From positions 1-31,478 of the forward strand of contig JBCDDI010000001.1 in NCBI GenBank assembly GCA_039180365.1: a stretch of 31,478 bases of DNA, read 5' to 3'. How positions within the stretch are numbered: the first letter of the stretch is position 1; each line of letters opens with the position of its first letter. The DNA comes from Pseudomonadota bacterium. Its GTDB lineage: Bacteria; Pseudomonadota; Gammaproteobacteria; Pseudomonadales; Azotimanducaceae. Below are positions 19,446 through 29,011 of this stretch, in pieces. Position numbers and translations under genes: made by a program. The notes beneath the pieces were generated by a model, which saw only the letters and a list, made by a program, of their open reading frames with translations, searched no databases and had not been told where the DNA came from.

Positions 19446-19976
19446 CTAGGGTTTAGACTCGGGGTCCCCAGGTGTGCGCGCCGCCTCTGCCGAATCAGCC
19501 TCATCCACCCGTTCAAACTCACCTTCGAGGACGCCTGGTGGAGCTGGACCCCGGGGCGCACCCCTCCCACTCTGGGCACCGAACGGCCCCTCAGGACCAA
19601 AACCGCCCGGGCCGGCAGTGCCATGGACCTGCACCCGGGCTAGCAGCCGGTCCGCAAGGGCAGCACGAAAGGGAGGCGTTAAAAGGGCAAAGCCGAAGCC
19701 GTCCGTCACGAAACCCGGCGTCAGCAGGAGCGCGCCCGCCACGGCGAGCAGCAACCCTTCCACCACTTCCCGGGCCGGCAGTTCGCCACCCTCGAGGCGG
19801 CCGAGGCCCCGGGTCAGGGTTCTGAAGCCCTGAACGCGCAGCAGACCGACCCCGATCACGGCCGTGAGCATGACCAGACCTATCGTCGGCAAGGCGCCGA
19901 TGTAGCCGCCGACTTCAATCAGCAGGTACATTTCGATGATGGGCGTGAGCACAAAGACGAGCAGCCACATGGGCAA
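19446..19976 (-). CDS. fxsA: FxsA family membrane protein
   Basis: PIIEMYLLIEVG, GLLLAVAGALLLTPGFVTD, and the conserved position upstream of groES. Confidence 0.92.
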   Translation of the reverse strand: MPMWLLVFVLTPIIEMYLLIEVGGYIGALPTIGLVMLTAVIGVGLLRVQGFRTLTRGLGRLEGGELPAREVVEGLLLAVAGALLLTPGFVTDGFGFALLTPPFRAALADRLLARVQVHGTAGPGGFGPEGPFGAQSGRGAPRGPAPPGVLEGEFERVDEADSAEAARTPGDPESKP

Positions 19977-20028
19977 AAAACCGGGAAAAAGGCGTCGGGA
20001 GAAGCAATCTGCGCACTCGGCCGGGCAA

Positions 20029-20361
20029 ATGCAAGCCGAGACGGCGGACGATCCGGTAACCCCTCAGGAACGGATCACTTCGATTGTGGCAATGATTCCC
20101 GAGGGCCGTGTGGCCACCTATGGGCAGATCGCGGCGCTGGCAGGCATGCCGCGCCACGCCCGGCTCGTCGGTCGAACCCTGCGGGAGCTGCCAACAGGGT
20201 CCAGGCTACCCTGGTTTCGCGTGGTTAATGCATCGCTGCGGATATCCACTCGCCTTGGCGGCAGCGAAAACCTTCAGCGCAAGCGGCTGGAAGCGGAAGG
20301 CGTAGAATTTGTCGGGGAACGGGTTGCGGCTCAACACCGCTGGGATGCCGGCGACCCTTAA
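20029..20361 (+). CDS. Alkyltransferase-like protein (ATL, MGMT family, no catalytic Cys)
   Basis: IPEGRVATYGQIAALAG, ARLVG, LPWFRVVN, QRKRLEAEGV. Start 20029 avoids overlap with fxsA. Confidence 0.88.
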   Translation: MQAETADDPVTPQERITSIVAMIPEGRVATYGQIAALAGMPRHARLVGRTLRELPTGSRLPWFRVVNASLRISTRLGGSENLQRKRLEAEGVEFVGERVAAQHRWDAGDP

Positions 20362-21932
20362 GCCGGATGCCGGCGCCAGGCCAGCCAGACGAGCAGAAAC
20401 ACCGGGATCCCCAGCAGCGAGGCGCCGAAGAAGAAGGTGGGATAGCCCACCGCGTCCACAACCTGACCGGAGTAGCCGCCAAGGAGCTTCGGGAACAGCG
20501 TCATCAGCGAGCTGAATATGGCGTATTGCACGGCGGTGAAAGAGAGACTCGTGAGACTGGAGAGATAGGCGATGAAGGCGGCGCTGGCGAGCCCGGCCGT
20601 GAGATTGTCTGCCCCGATAACCAGGTAGAGAAGCAACATATCTCCGGGGGCATTGGCCAGCACTATGAACAGCAGATTCGTCAGCACGGTCATTACCGCC
20701 CCAAGCATCAACACCCGCATGAGGTCGTATTTAATCGACAGAAAACCGCCAAGGAAGCCGCCTAAGATGGTCATCCAGATGCCGAACACCTTTGTGGCAG
20801 TGGCGATGGCCTCTTTGCTGTAACCCATGTCCTGATAGAACACGTTCGCGATCACCCCAAGGACGATGTCCGAGACCCGATAGAAACCCACGAGCAGCAG
20901 GATCAGGACCGCTCCCCTGCCGTAGCGCTGGAAAAAATCCAGCACCGGTGCCACGTAGGTATCGCGGACCATCTCGCGGCGAGCCACTCCGAGGCGCATG
21001 GCAAGATTCACAAGACCAAGGGCGCCAAGGAGTGAGCCGAGCAGGCGGATTGCCTCACCAAGAAAACCCACCAGCACCGGATGCATGGCGGCACCCGCAA
21101 GCAGCCAGGCCCGCGCGTCCGCGACAAGCGGCGAAAGCAACCTAAAAAGGGCGATAAAGGCGAGCACGAAAATCAGAAACAGCCCGACGAAGCGGACGTA
21201 GTCGAAGGTGCGATGGAAGTAGCTGCTTGCTCCCCGAACCACGGGCTCGCGGATGACGAGGGTGGTGACGACACCGACCAGCATCGTGGCCGCCATGCAG
21301 AGGTAAGTCCACTTCCAGGCATCGTAGCGGTAGTTGTCGACTGTGGTGCCGAAGCCGGCGGCGAGATAGAGGGCAACGGCACCGGCCATGAGCATGCCGA
21401 TCCGGTAGCCGGCCACGTAGCTGGAAGACATGAGCGCCTGCAGGGATTCTTCGACGGCTTCAATGCGATAGGCGTCGATCACAATGTCCTGGGTGGCAGC
21501 GGAGAAGCCGAGCATCACGGCGGCCACCGCCATGGTGGCCAGACCCGGCGCCGTTGCCGGATCACTCATGGCCATCAGCACAATGGAGGCAATGATCAGG
21601 AACTGCGCTACAAGCATCCAGCTCCGGCGCTGACCGAGCACCGTGGCCAGGATCGGTAGCGGCAGCTTGTCGATCAGCGGTGCCCAGACAAACTTGAATG
21701 AGTAGCCAAGGGCCGCCCAGCTGAAGTAGGTCACCTCGCCGCGATCCACCCCGGCCTCACGCAACCAGAGCGATAAAGTGGCGAAAATCAGCAGCAGCGG
21801 TAGCCCGGACGAGAAGCCGAGGAACAGCATGGCGACCACGCGCGGATGCAGATAGTCACGTAGCTGAAAGCCGGCCTCGACGGGCTCCTGTACCTGCTCT
21901 GCGGCCATCAGGCGGCTGCTCGGCTCACTCAA
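20358..21932 (-). CDS. ampG: AmpG-family muropeptide MFS transporter
   Basis: [50 protein letters not shown] start at 21932 overlaps the yajQ stop (alternative ATG 21908). Confidence 0.92.
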   Translation of the reverse strand: MSEPSSRLMAAEQVQEPVEAGFQLRDYLHPRVVAMLFLGFSSGLPLLLIFATLSLWLREAGVDRGEVTYFSWAALGYSFKFVWAPLIDKLPLPILATVLGQRRSWMLVAQFLIIASIVLMAMSDPATAPGLATMAVAAVMLGFSAATQDIVIDAYRIEAVEESLQALMSSSYVAGYRIGMLMAGAVALYLAAGFGTTVDNYRYDAWKWTYLCMAATMLVGVVTTLVIREPVVRGASSYFHRTFDYVRFVGLFLIFVLAFIALFRLLSPLVADARAWLLAGAAMHPVLVGFLGEAIRLLGSLLGALGLVNLAMRLGVARREMVRDTYVAPVLDFFQRYGRGAVLILLLVGFYRVSDIVLGVIANVFYQDMGYSKEAIATATKVFGIWMTILGGFLGGFLSIKYDLMRVLMLGAVMTVLTNLLFIVLANAPGDMLLLYLVIGADNLTAGLASAAFIAYLSSLTSLSFTAVQYAIFSSLMTLFPKLLGGYSGQVVDAVGYPTFFFGASLLGIPVFLLVWLAWRRHPA

Positions 21933-22411
21933 TCACGGAAGTTGTTGAAGTCCAGCGGCATGTCCAGATCGGCTTCCTTCAGGACGGCAATAACCTGCTG
22001 GAGATCGTCGCGCTTCTTGCCGGTGACCCGCACCTGCTCGCCCTGAATCTGTGACTGGACTTTGAGCTTCGAGTCTTTGATCAGCTTGACGATCTTTTTC
22101 GCCGAATCCCGGTCAATGCCCTGCTTCAGAGCGAAGGTCTGCCGCTTCTGCTTGCCGGACGCTTCCACGTCGCCGGGGTCGAGCGCCCGCACGTCGATAC
22201 TTCGGCGGGTGAATTTGTCGCGAAGAATGTCAAGCATCTGTCCGAGCTGAAACTCTTCTTCCGCATGCAGCTGAATGCCAGCGTCGCCGAGCTCAAAACC
22301 AGCATCGACACTTTTAAAGTCAAAGCGCGTACCGAGCTCACGAACGGCCTGATCGACGGCATTTCGGACTTCCTGCAGATCTACTTCAGAAACTACGTCA
22401 AAGGACGGCAT
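21929..22411 (-). CDS. yajQ: YajQ family nucleotide/c-di-GMP-binding protein
   Basis: [39 protein letters not shown]. Confidence 0.97.
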   Translation of the reverse strand: MPSFDVVSEVDLQEVRNAVDQAVRELGTRFDFKSVDAGFELGDAGIQLHAEEEFQLGQMLDILRDKFTRRSIDVRALDPGDVEASGKQKRQTFALKQGIDRDSAKKIVKLIKDSKLKVQSQIQGEQVRVTGKKRDDLQQVIAVLKEADLDMPLDFNNFRD

Positions 22412-22629
22412 AGATTAGTTTTCCTTCTCAATGAGCGTCGCTTTACCACTGGATCGACGCTCGCGGCCACCAACGAGCAGTCATTTACCCGTTCCGACCA
22501 TCAACCTGGCGCGCCGGTGCTTACAAATCCAAGGGAACAGTCTGCAAAACGCTGCCAAACTGGGTCACGGGTCGCTCTTCGGTCCCATGGTAGACTGCTT
22601 TCCCCTGACCTTAGAACCCTAAGAGTCTG

Positions 22630-23808
22630 ATGGAGAGACCGGGCAACAATCCCCGTGCACCTTCAACTGCCAGCACCGCCGCCCCTGCGTCGAGTAAAGA
22701 CATGGCGGGCGCCGCCAAGGCCGCCGCATCCGCGGCCCGGGCCGCCGGCAGCGCAAGTGCCACAACGGGCAAAACAGGCAGCAGCCCGGCTGCCGGTGCG
22801 CGCACGGGCGCCGGTCAGTCCGTGAACAAAGCGTCCTACGAAGACATTCCGATTCTCGTCGTTGACGATGCCAAATTCTCCAGCGCCATCATCGCCAAGG
22901 CCCTGCGCAGCGGCGGTTTCTCGAACGTCCGCTTCACCAATAATCCTCTGCAGGCGCTCCGCTCGCTGGAAAAGCGGCCTGCACAGATTCTCATTGCTGA
23001 CTGGCTGATGCCGAGCATGGACGGCCTTGAACTGACGCGCCGGGTAAAGAAGCTCGACGAGGCGAACGAACACTTCACCTACGTGATGCTGCTCACGGCC
23101 CGGGATGACATCGATGCCATGAACGACGCCTTCGAGGAAGGCGTCGACGATTTTCTCAACAAGGCGAATCTGCGCGCGCAGCTGCTGCCGCGGGTGATCG
23201 CCGCCCAGCGTATTGCCAGTCGCCAGAATCAGCTGCTCCGAACAAACAAGCTGCTCCGTAAGAAGATCCGCGAGCTGCAGACCACGGACCTGGTGGATCC
23301 CGTGACGGGCCTCGGCAATCTCAAGTTCACCTTCGAGCGCATCAACGATACGGTGAAACACGCAGAGACCCGCGGCGGTGCCGCCTGTCTGTTGCTCGTT
23401 GGGATCAACAATCTGGACGTCATCGAGGAACAGTACGAACAAGCCATCGTTGACGAACTCATGAGCGGCATCGGCGCCAAGGTGCGCCAGCTTGTGCGGC
23501 CCCTCGACGTGGTGACGCGCCCCGAGGCGAACATGTTTGCGGTGATTACCCTGCAGCCGGACATTCAGAACTGCACCTCGCAGAGCTTCCGGCGCATCTT
23601 CGACAATCTCTACATGCACTCCTTCAAAACCAGCGAAGGCTTTATTCCGGTGGTTGTCGGGGTCAGCATTTCTGCGGCCGACACCAGCACCGGATTTCCA
23701 AATCCGAAGCACTTCATGCGCCACGCCTACGACGGGCTGACCCGTTCTTTCGATACGGGACTCATTACGGTCCAACCCTTCGATCCGAATCATCGGCCGG
23801 CACCCTAG
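22630..23808 (+). CDS. Response regulator with degenerate GGDEF domain
   Basis: Intact REC (ILVVDD, DWLMPSMDG, LLTAR, DDFLNK) and a DPVTGLGN S-helix boundary. The GGDEF position reads EANMF, and the I-site RPLD is retained. Confidence 0.88.
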   Translation: MERPGNNPRAPSTASTAAPASSKDMAGAAKAAASAARAAGSASATTGKTGSSPAAGARTGAGQSVNKASYEDIPILVVDDAKFSSAIIAKALRSGGFSNVRFTNNPLQALRSLEKRPAQILIADWLMPSMDGLELTRRVKKLDEANEHFTYVMLLTARDDIDAMNDAFEEGVDDFLNKANLRAQLLPRVIAAQRIASRQNQLLRTNKLLRKKIRELQTTDLVDPVTGLGNLKFTFERINDTVKHAETRGGAACLLLVGINNLDVIEEQYEQAIVDELMSGIGAKVRQLVRPLDVVTRPEANMFAVITLQPDIQNCTSQSFRRIFDNLYMHSFKTSEGFIPVVVGVSISAADTSTGFPNPKHFMRHAYDGLTRSFDTGLITVQPFDPNHRPAP

Positions 23809-23809
23809 G

Positions 23810-24370
23810 GTGGCCAAAGGGCCAAAGGTACCCACTGGGAAACGCCGCATTACCCGCGTGACAACGCGCCGCGGTGATGGTGGCGAAACGTCCCTCGCCG
23901 ACGGCAGCAGCACGGCCAAAACCAGCGATACGATTCACGCCATCGGCGCCGTGGACGAATTGAACAGCTTCCTTGCCCTCTTCGCTGCCCAGGCCGAGAG
24001 CGCGCCCTTCAAGGAAATCACCGGACGCCTGCAGCAGGAGCTTTTCGACCTCGGCGCCCATCTCGCCACGGTCGGCGCAACACCGGTACCTCAGGTGGAC
24101 TGGCTGGAAACAGAGGTTGCGCGTCTGAACGATGCGCTGCCGCCGCTGACGGAGTTCGTGATACCCGGCGGCAGCGAAGCCAATGCGCTGGCGCACGTCT
24201 GCCGCACTGTTTGCCGGCGCGCCGAACGCCACAGCTGGGCCGTTGCTGAAGCCGATGAAGCAGCCCGCTATCTGAATCGCCTCAGCGATCTGTTCTTCGT
24301 GATTGCCCGGACGCTGTCCGCCGGCGAAGAAGATCAGTGGCGCGGTTCTAAAGACCCCGCCGCTGACTGA
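23810..24370 (+). CDS. PduO-type ATP:cob(I)alamin adenosyltransferase
   Basis: TRRGDGGETSL, GAVDELNS, FVIPGG, RTVCRRAER, YLNRLSDLFFVIAR. Confidence 0.93.
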   Translation: MAKGPKVPTGKRRITRVTTRRGDGGETSLADGSSTAKTSDTIHAIGAVDELNSFLALFAAQAESAPFKEITGRLQQELFDLGAHLATVGATPVPQVDWLETEVARLNDALPPLTEFVIPGGSEANALAHVCRTVCRRAERHSWAVAEADEAARYLNRLSDLFFVIARTLSAGEEDQWRGSKDPAAD

Positions 24371-24378
24371 CTCGCGCC

Positions 24379-26109
24379 TTAGAGCGCGAGACGCCGGATA
24401 TCCGCCAGCAGCTCTGCCAGCATTGCCATGAAGCGGCCCGCTTCCGCACCGTTAATGGCTCGATGATCGTAGGAGAGTGAGAGCGGCAGCATCTGCCGCG
24501 GCTCAAACTCGCTGCCGTTCCAGATCGGCTTGGTAACAAGGCGAGAAACGCCAAGGATGGCTACCTCCGGCGCGTTGATGATGGGCGTGAAGCCCGTGCC
24601 GCCAATGTTGCCGAGGCTGGAAATGCTGAAGCTGCCGCCCTGCATGTCAGACAGGCCGAGACTGCCGGTGCGCGCCTTCTCTGCGAGCTCGGCAATGGCC
24701 GCCGACAGGTCCCAGACTCCCATCTTGTCCGCATCACGAATCACCGGCACCACCAGGCCATCCTCCGTGTCGACGGCAAATCCGATGTGGTAGTACTGCT
24801 TCAGCACGAAGTTTTTGATCTCCGGATCCAGAGAAGCGTTGAAGGTGGGAAAGGCCTGCAGGGCGTAGCAGCAGGCTTTGATGATGAACGCCAGCGGCGT
24901 GATCTTGAGCTCCCGGCGCGTGGCCTCCTCTTTCAGCGTCTTCCGGAAAGCTTCGAGCTCCGTCACGTCCGCCTCTTCAAACTGAGAGACGTGCGGCAGG
25001 TTGAGCCAGCTGCGATGCAGATTCTGAGCACCGGCAGCGCGAATCCGGGATAGGGGTTCGATCTCAACGGCGCCGAAACGACTGAAGTCCACGGCAGGAA
25101 TCGGCGGAATACCCGCGCCACTTCCCGAAGCGGCAGCCGGTGCGCTGGTCATGGTGGCTTTAACGTGGGACTTCACATCGTCTTTCAGAATGCGGCCCCG
25201 GTTACCGGTGCCGCTGACGGCCGCGAGGGCAACGCCAAGCTCCCGGGCCAGGCGACGAACCGCCGGACTTGCATAAACCCGTTTGGCGTCACCATCTTCC
25301 ACTTCTGCGGGTGAGGGCGGCGATGCTGGCGCCGGAGCGGACACCTGCGCGGGTGCTGGAGCAGCGGCGCCAGCGCTCTCCACAGGCGCGGCCTCCTGCG
25401 CCCCGGGGGCTTGCACCGCAACCGTTTCGCCGCCGACCGGCTTGCTGCTGGCAGCGCTTTCTGTGGCGCCGCCGCTGGCACTGATCGTCGCAAGCAGCGT
25501 GCCCTCTTCCACTTCCGAGCCCACGGACACATGAACAGCACTGACCGTGCCCGCCTGCCCGGCGGGAATCTCCATGGACGCTTTGTCTGATTCAACAACC
25601 ACCAGCAGATCGTCTGCGGTGACTTCAGCACCGGCACTCACAGCCACCTCGATCACTTCGACGTTGCTCGCCTCGCCGATGTCCGGCACACGTACCTCAA
25701 CTTCCGTCGCTGCACCGGCTGCGGGAATGGCCTGCGTTGGCGCGGCTGCCGATTCTTCCGGTTCAGCGGTGCCAGCCTCTGGCGCTGGTTCCTGCACCGA
25801 AGCGGCCGCCGGTGTCGCAGGTGCTTGTGTCGGTGCGGGAGCTGGGGCCTCGGCGGCCGTTGCAGACTCGGCCGCAGCACCCTCAAGCGTGACCACCAGG
25901 GCACCTTCCGCGACCTGGTCTCCAAGGGCGACGGCGACGCTGGCAATGGTGCCCGTCATGCCCGCCGGCACTTCCATGGAGGCCTTATCTGATTCGATGA
26001 CGATGAGCGCATCGTCAGGTCCAACCTCATCACCCACGGCAACGCAGATCTCAATGACTTCGACCTCGTCGATGTCACCGATGTCGGGGATTCGTACTTC
26101 CTGTGCCAC
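24379..26109 (-). CDS. aceF: Pyruvate dehydrogenase E2 (two lipoyl domains)
   Basis: Two ESDKASME lipoyl motifs, E3-binding domain ASPAVRRLARELG, and catalytic SYDHRAING. Confidence 0.97.
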   Translation of the reverse strand: MAQEVRIPDIGDIDEVEVIEICVAVGDEVGPDDALIVIESDKASMEVPAGMTGTIASVAVALGDQVAEGALVVTLEGAAAESATAAEAPAPAPTQAPATPAAASVQEPAPEAGTAEPEESAAAPTQAIPAAGAATEVEVRVPDIGEASNVEVIEVAVSAGAEVTADDLLVVVESDKASMEIPAGQAGTVSAVHVSVGSEVEEGTLLATISASGGATESAASSKPVGGETVAVQAPGAQEAAPVESAGAAAPAPAQVSAPAPASPPSPAEVEDGDAKRVYASPAVRRLARELGVALAAVSGTGNRGRILKDDVKSHVKATMTSAPAAASGSGAGIPPIPAVDFSRFGAVEIEPLSRIRAAGAQNLHRSWLNLPHVSQFEEADVTELEAFRKTLKEEATRRELKITPLAFIIKACCYALQAFPTFNASLDPEIKNFVLKQYYHIGFAVDTEDGLVVPVIRDADKMGVWDLSAAIAELAEKARTGSLGLSDMQGGSFSISSLGNIGGTGFTPIINAPEVAILGVSRLVTKPIWNGSEFEPRQMLPLSLSYDHRAINGAEAGRFMAMLAELLADIRRLAL

Positions 26110-26167
26110 TTACGCAGTCCTTCTGCAGTCCTTTCAGGTCAGTTCTCGTGCCAGCTCGCGTCCAAGG

Positions 26168-28828
26168 TCAGATCAGCCGCGGATTGGCTTTCTCCGGATC
26201 AATGCCAAAAGCATCGCGCGCCTTGGCCACCGCTTCCACGGGCAGTTTCTGCTGGTCCGCCAGGCTCTTCAGCGCGGCCAGAGCCACAAAATTGCGATCC
26301 ACCTCAAAATGCTGACGCAGGCGCTCCCGCGTATCGCTGCGCCCGTAACCATCGGTACCAAGGACGTGCACGTCCGCCTTGATCTGTCCGCGGAGCGGCT
26401 CCGCCAGGGCCTTCATGTAGTCACTGGAGATCACTACCGGCGCATCACCGTCGAGGAGCTCGGCCGCATGACTCTGTTTCGGGTCCCGTTCCGGATTCAG
26501 CAGATTCCAGCGCGCCACATCGTCGCCGTTGCGACTGAGCTCCGTGAAGCTCGTGACGCTGAACACCTCAACGGTCAGTCCCTGCTCCTCGTTGAGCCAC
26601 GTCGCCGCCGCCTCTACTTCCCGGAGAATCGTACCGGCACCCAGGAGCCGGACCGCTGGTCCGTCGCCTTCCAGGCGCCGCAGCAGATACATGCCCTTCA
26701 GGATGTGGTCTTCCACCCCCTCAGGCATGGGCGGCTGTATGTACGCTTCGTTCATGACCGTCACGTAGAAGTAGACGCTCTCATGCTCTTCCACCATGCG
26801 CCGCAGCCCTTCCCGGAGAATCACCGCAAGCTCGTAGGTATAGCAGGGGTCGTAGGCGACACAGTTCGGAATCGTCGAGGCGAGGACGTGGCTGTGGCCG
26901 TCCTGGTGCTGAAGCCCCTCGCCGTTGAGCGTTGTGCGCCCCGCGGTGCCGCCAAGGAGGAACCCGCGGGCCTGACTGTCGCCGGCGGCCCAGGCAAGAT
27001 CACCGATGCGCTGAAAGCCGAACATGGAATAGTAGATATAGAAGGGAATCAGCGTGTACTGATGGGTGCTGTAGGAAGTGGCCGCGGCAAGCCAGGCGGA
27101 GAAAGCGCCGGCCTCGTTGATGCCTTCTTCCAGCACCTGGCCGTCCTTTGCTTCCCGGTAAGCGGCAATCTCGCCGGAATCCTCCGGCTCATAGAGCTGC
27201 CCGGCCGATGAGTAGATGCCGAGCTGGCGGAACATGCCTTCCATACCGAAGGTGCGCGCTTCGTCCGGAACGATCGGCACCACCCGGTTGCCGATGGATT
27301 TATCCCGGAGCAGTGTTGCCAGGAACCGGACGAAGCCCATGGTTGTGGAGTTATCCCGTTCACCGGTCCCTTCGAGCTGCGCCTTGAAGGTGGACAGCGG
27401 TGGCACCTTCAGCGTTTCCGCGGCGACGACCCGCTTCGGCAGCACCCCGCCAAGGCGTTCCCGCTGCGCTTTCAGGTACTTCATCTCCGGGCTGTCAGCC
27501 GCAGGGCGGTAGAAGGGAATGTCTTCGAGCTCTTTGTCTGTGAGCGGAATATCGAAGCGGTCGCGGAAGTGCTTCAGGCCGTCGAGGTTGAGCTTCTTTA
27601 CCTGGTGAGTATCGTTTTCCGCCTCACCGGCATCTCCCATGCCGTAACCTTTCACGGTTTTCGCCAGGATCACCGTCGGTTCGCCGGTGTGATTCACCGC
27701 CGCATGATAGGCCGCATAGACCTTGTAGGGATCGTGGCCACCGCGATTGAGGCGCATGATGTCGTCGTCGGAAAGGTTCTCAACCATGGCCGCGAGCTCC
27801 GGATACTTGCCGAAGAAGTGCTCCCGCGTGTAGCCACCGCCTTTAACCTTGTAGTTCTGATATTCGCCGTCCACGACCTCATTCATGCGCTGCTGCATGA
27901 GGCCCTGATCATCGTTGGCAAAAAGTGGATCCCAGAGCCGGCCCCAGACCACCTTAATCACATTCCAACCGGCACCGCGGAAGGAGCCTTCAAGCTCCTG
28001 AATGATCTTCGAGTTACCGCGCACGGGACCGTCGAGGCGCTGCAGATTGCAGTTAACGACAAAAATCAGATTATCGAGCTTCTCCCGGCCCGCCATGGAC
28101 AGCGCGCCGAGGGATTCGGGCTCGTCACACTCACCGTCCCCAAGGAAGGCCCAGACCTTGCGGTCGCCGCGGGAGACCAGGCCGCGACTGTCGAGGTACT
28201 TCATGATGTGGGCCTGGTAGATGGCCTGAATCGGGCCAAGCCCCATGGAGACTGTCGGGAACTGCCAGTAGTGGGGCATGAGCCACGGATGCGGATAGGA
28301 GGACAGGCCCTGACCGCCAACCTCCTGGCGGAAGTTATCAAGCTCCGCCTCGGAGAGGCGACCTTCAAGATAGGACCGCGCATAAATACCCGGGGACGCG
28401 TGTCCCTGGAAGTAGATCAGATCTCCCGCATGGTCCGCCGATGGGCCGCGAAAGAAGTAGTTAAAGCCGACGTCATAGAGCGTCGCTGAGGAAGCGAAGG
28501 AGGAGATGTGCCCGCCGAGCTCTCCGGGACGGCTGTTCGCACGCACGACCATAGCCAGCGCGTTCCAGCGGATCAGCGAGCGGATGCGCCGTTCCATGAA
28601 AAGGTCGCCGGGCATGAAGGCTTCCCGGCTCGAAGGAATCGTGTTCCGGTAAGGGGTCGTGATGGTGTAAGGCAACCGGGCGCCGGTTTTGGTCATCCGG
28701 GACGAGAGGCGTTCGAGAAGAAAGTTCGCCCGATCTGTGCCTTCGTTCTCGAGCACGTACTCGAGAGAGTCGAGCCATTCCCGGGTTTCGCTCGGGTCCG
28801 AGTCCGTCAGTTCGCGCGGATACGCCAT
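26168..28828 (-). CDS. aceE: Pyruvate dehydrogenase E1, homodimeric type
   Basis: GGHISSFAS, QFPTVSMGLG, GDGECDEPE, NCNLQRLDGP, GEGLQHQDGHS. Confidence 0.98.
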   Translation of the reverse strand: MAYPRELTDSDPSETREWLDSLEYVLENEGTDRANFLLERLSSRMTKTGARLPYTITTPYRNTIPSSREAFMPGDLFMERRIRSLIRWNALAMVVRANSRPGELGGHISSFASSATLYDVGFNYFFRGPSADHAGDLIYFQGHASPGIYARSYLEGRLSEAELDNFRQEVGGQGLSSYPHPWLMPHYWQFPTVSMGLGPIQAIYQAHIMKYLDSRGLVSRGDRKVWAFLGDGECDEPESLGALSMAGREKLDNLIFVVNCNLQRLDGPVRGNSKIIQELEGSFRGAGWNVIKVVWGRLWDPLFANDDQGLMQQRMNEVVDGEYQNYKVKGGGYTREHFFGKYPELAAMVENLSDDDIMRLNRGGHDPYKVYAAYHAAVNHTGEPTVILAKTVKGYGMGDAGEAENDTHQVKKLNLDGLKHFRDRFDIPLTDKELEDIPFYRPAADSPEMKYLKAQRERLGGVLPKRVVAAETLKVPPLSTFKAQLEGTGERDNSTTMGFVRFLATLLRDKSIGNRVVPIVPDEARTFGMEGMFRQLGIYSSAGQLYEPEDSGEIAAYREAKDGQVLEEGINEAGAFSAWLAAATSYSTHQYTLIPFYIYYSMFGFQRIGDLAWAAGDSQARGFLLGGTAGRTTLNGEGLQHQDGHSHVLASTIPNCVAYDPCYTYELAVILREGLRRMVEEHESVYFYVTVMNEAYIQPPMPEGVEDHILKGMYLLRRLEGDGPAVRLLGAGTILREVEAAATWLNEEQGLTVEVFSVTSFTELSRNGDDVARWNLLNPERDPKQSHAAELLDGDAPVVISSDYMKALAEPLRGQIKADVHVLGTDGYGRSDTRERLRQHFEVDRNFVALAALKSLADQQKLPVEAVAKARDAFGIDPEKANPRLI

Positions 28829-28871
28829 GGTTGGTCCTTAACTTCTGATCGTATGTTCGCTGCACCGGCTT

Positions 28872-28925
28872 CTACTCCCGGTGTTTAAGCATTATCTCAC
28901 GAGCCGCGTCACCGGGGCGCTGCAC
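28872..28925 (-). CDS. Candidate 17-aa leader peptide upstream of aceE (M/VQRPGDAAREIMLKHRE)
   Basis: GTG at 28925 has AAGGAG 5 nt upstream and a second AGGAGG further up. TAG stop at 28874-28872. Confidence 0.25.
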   Translation of the reverse strand: MQRPGDAAREIMLKHRE

Positions 28926-29011
28926 GGGATCTCCTTTTCCTCCTAATATTCCTGCTTGTTTTCCTGCAGCTAGTGTCTCGATTGCGCGCCGCTCAGATCC
29001 GGTCGTCGCTT

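Noticed and set aside
22433-22462. 8-bp inverted repeat GAGCGTCG/CGACGCTC in the yajQ leader
   Set aside because: A single hairpin with no U tract, and it does not cover the SD. This is expected by chance at this GC level.
22507-22521. Sigma54-like TGGCGC...TGCT upstream of the REC-GGDEF gene
   Set aside because: The GG-to-GC spacing is one base short of the strict -24/-12 requirement.
25547-28489. Long plus-strand ORFs (554 aa, 306 aa and others) antisense to aceF/aceE
   Set aside because: Shadow ORFs fully overlapping well-supported genes. The same applies to most other short ORFs in the track.
24379-28828. aceEF without adjacent lpdA
   Set aside because: An unlinked lpdA is common in Pseudomonadales and is not remarkable.
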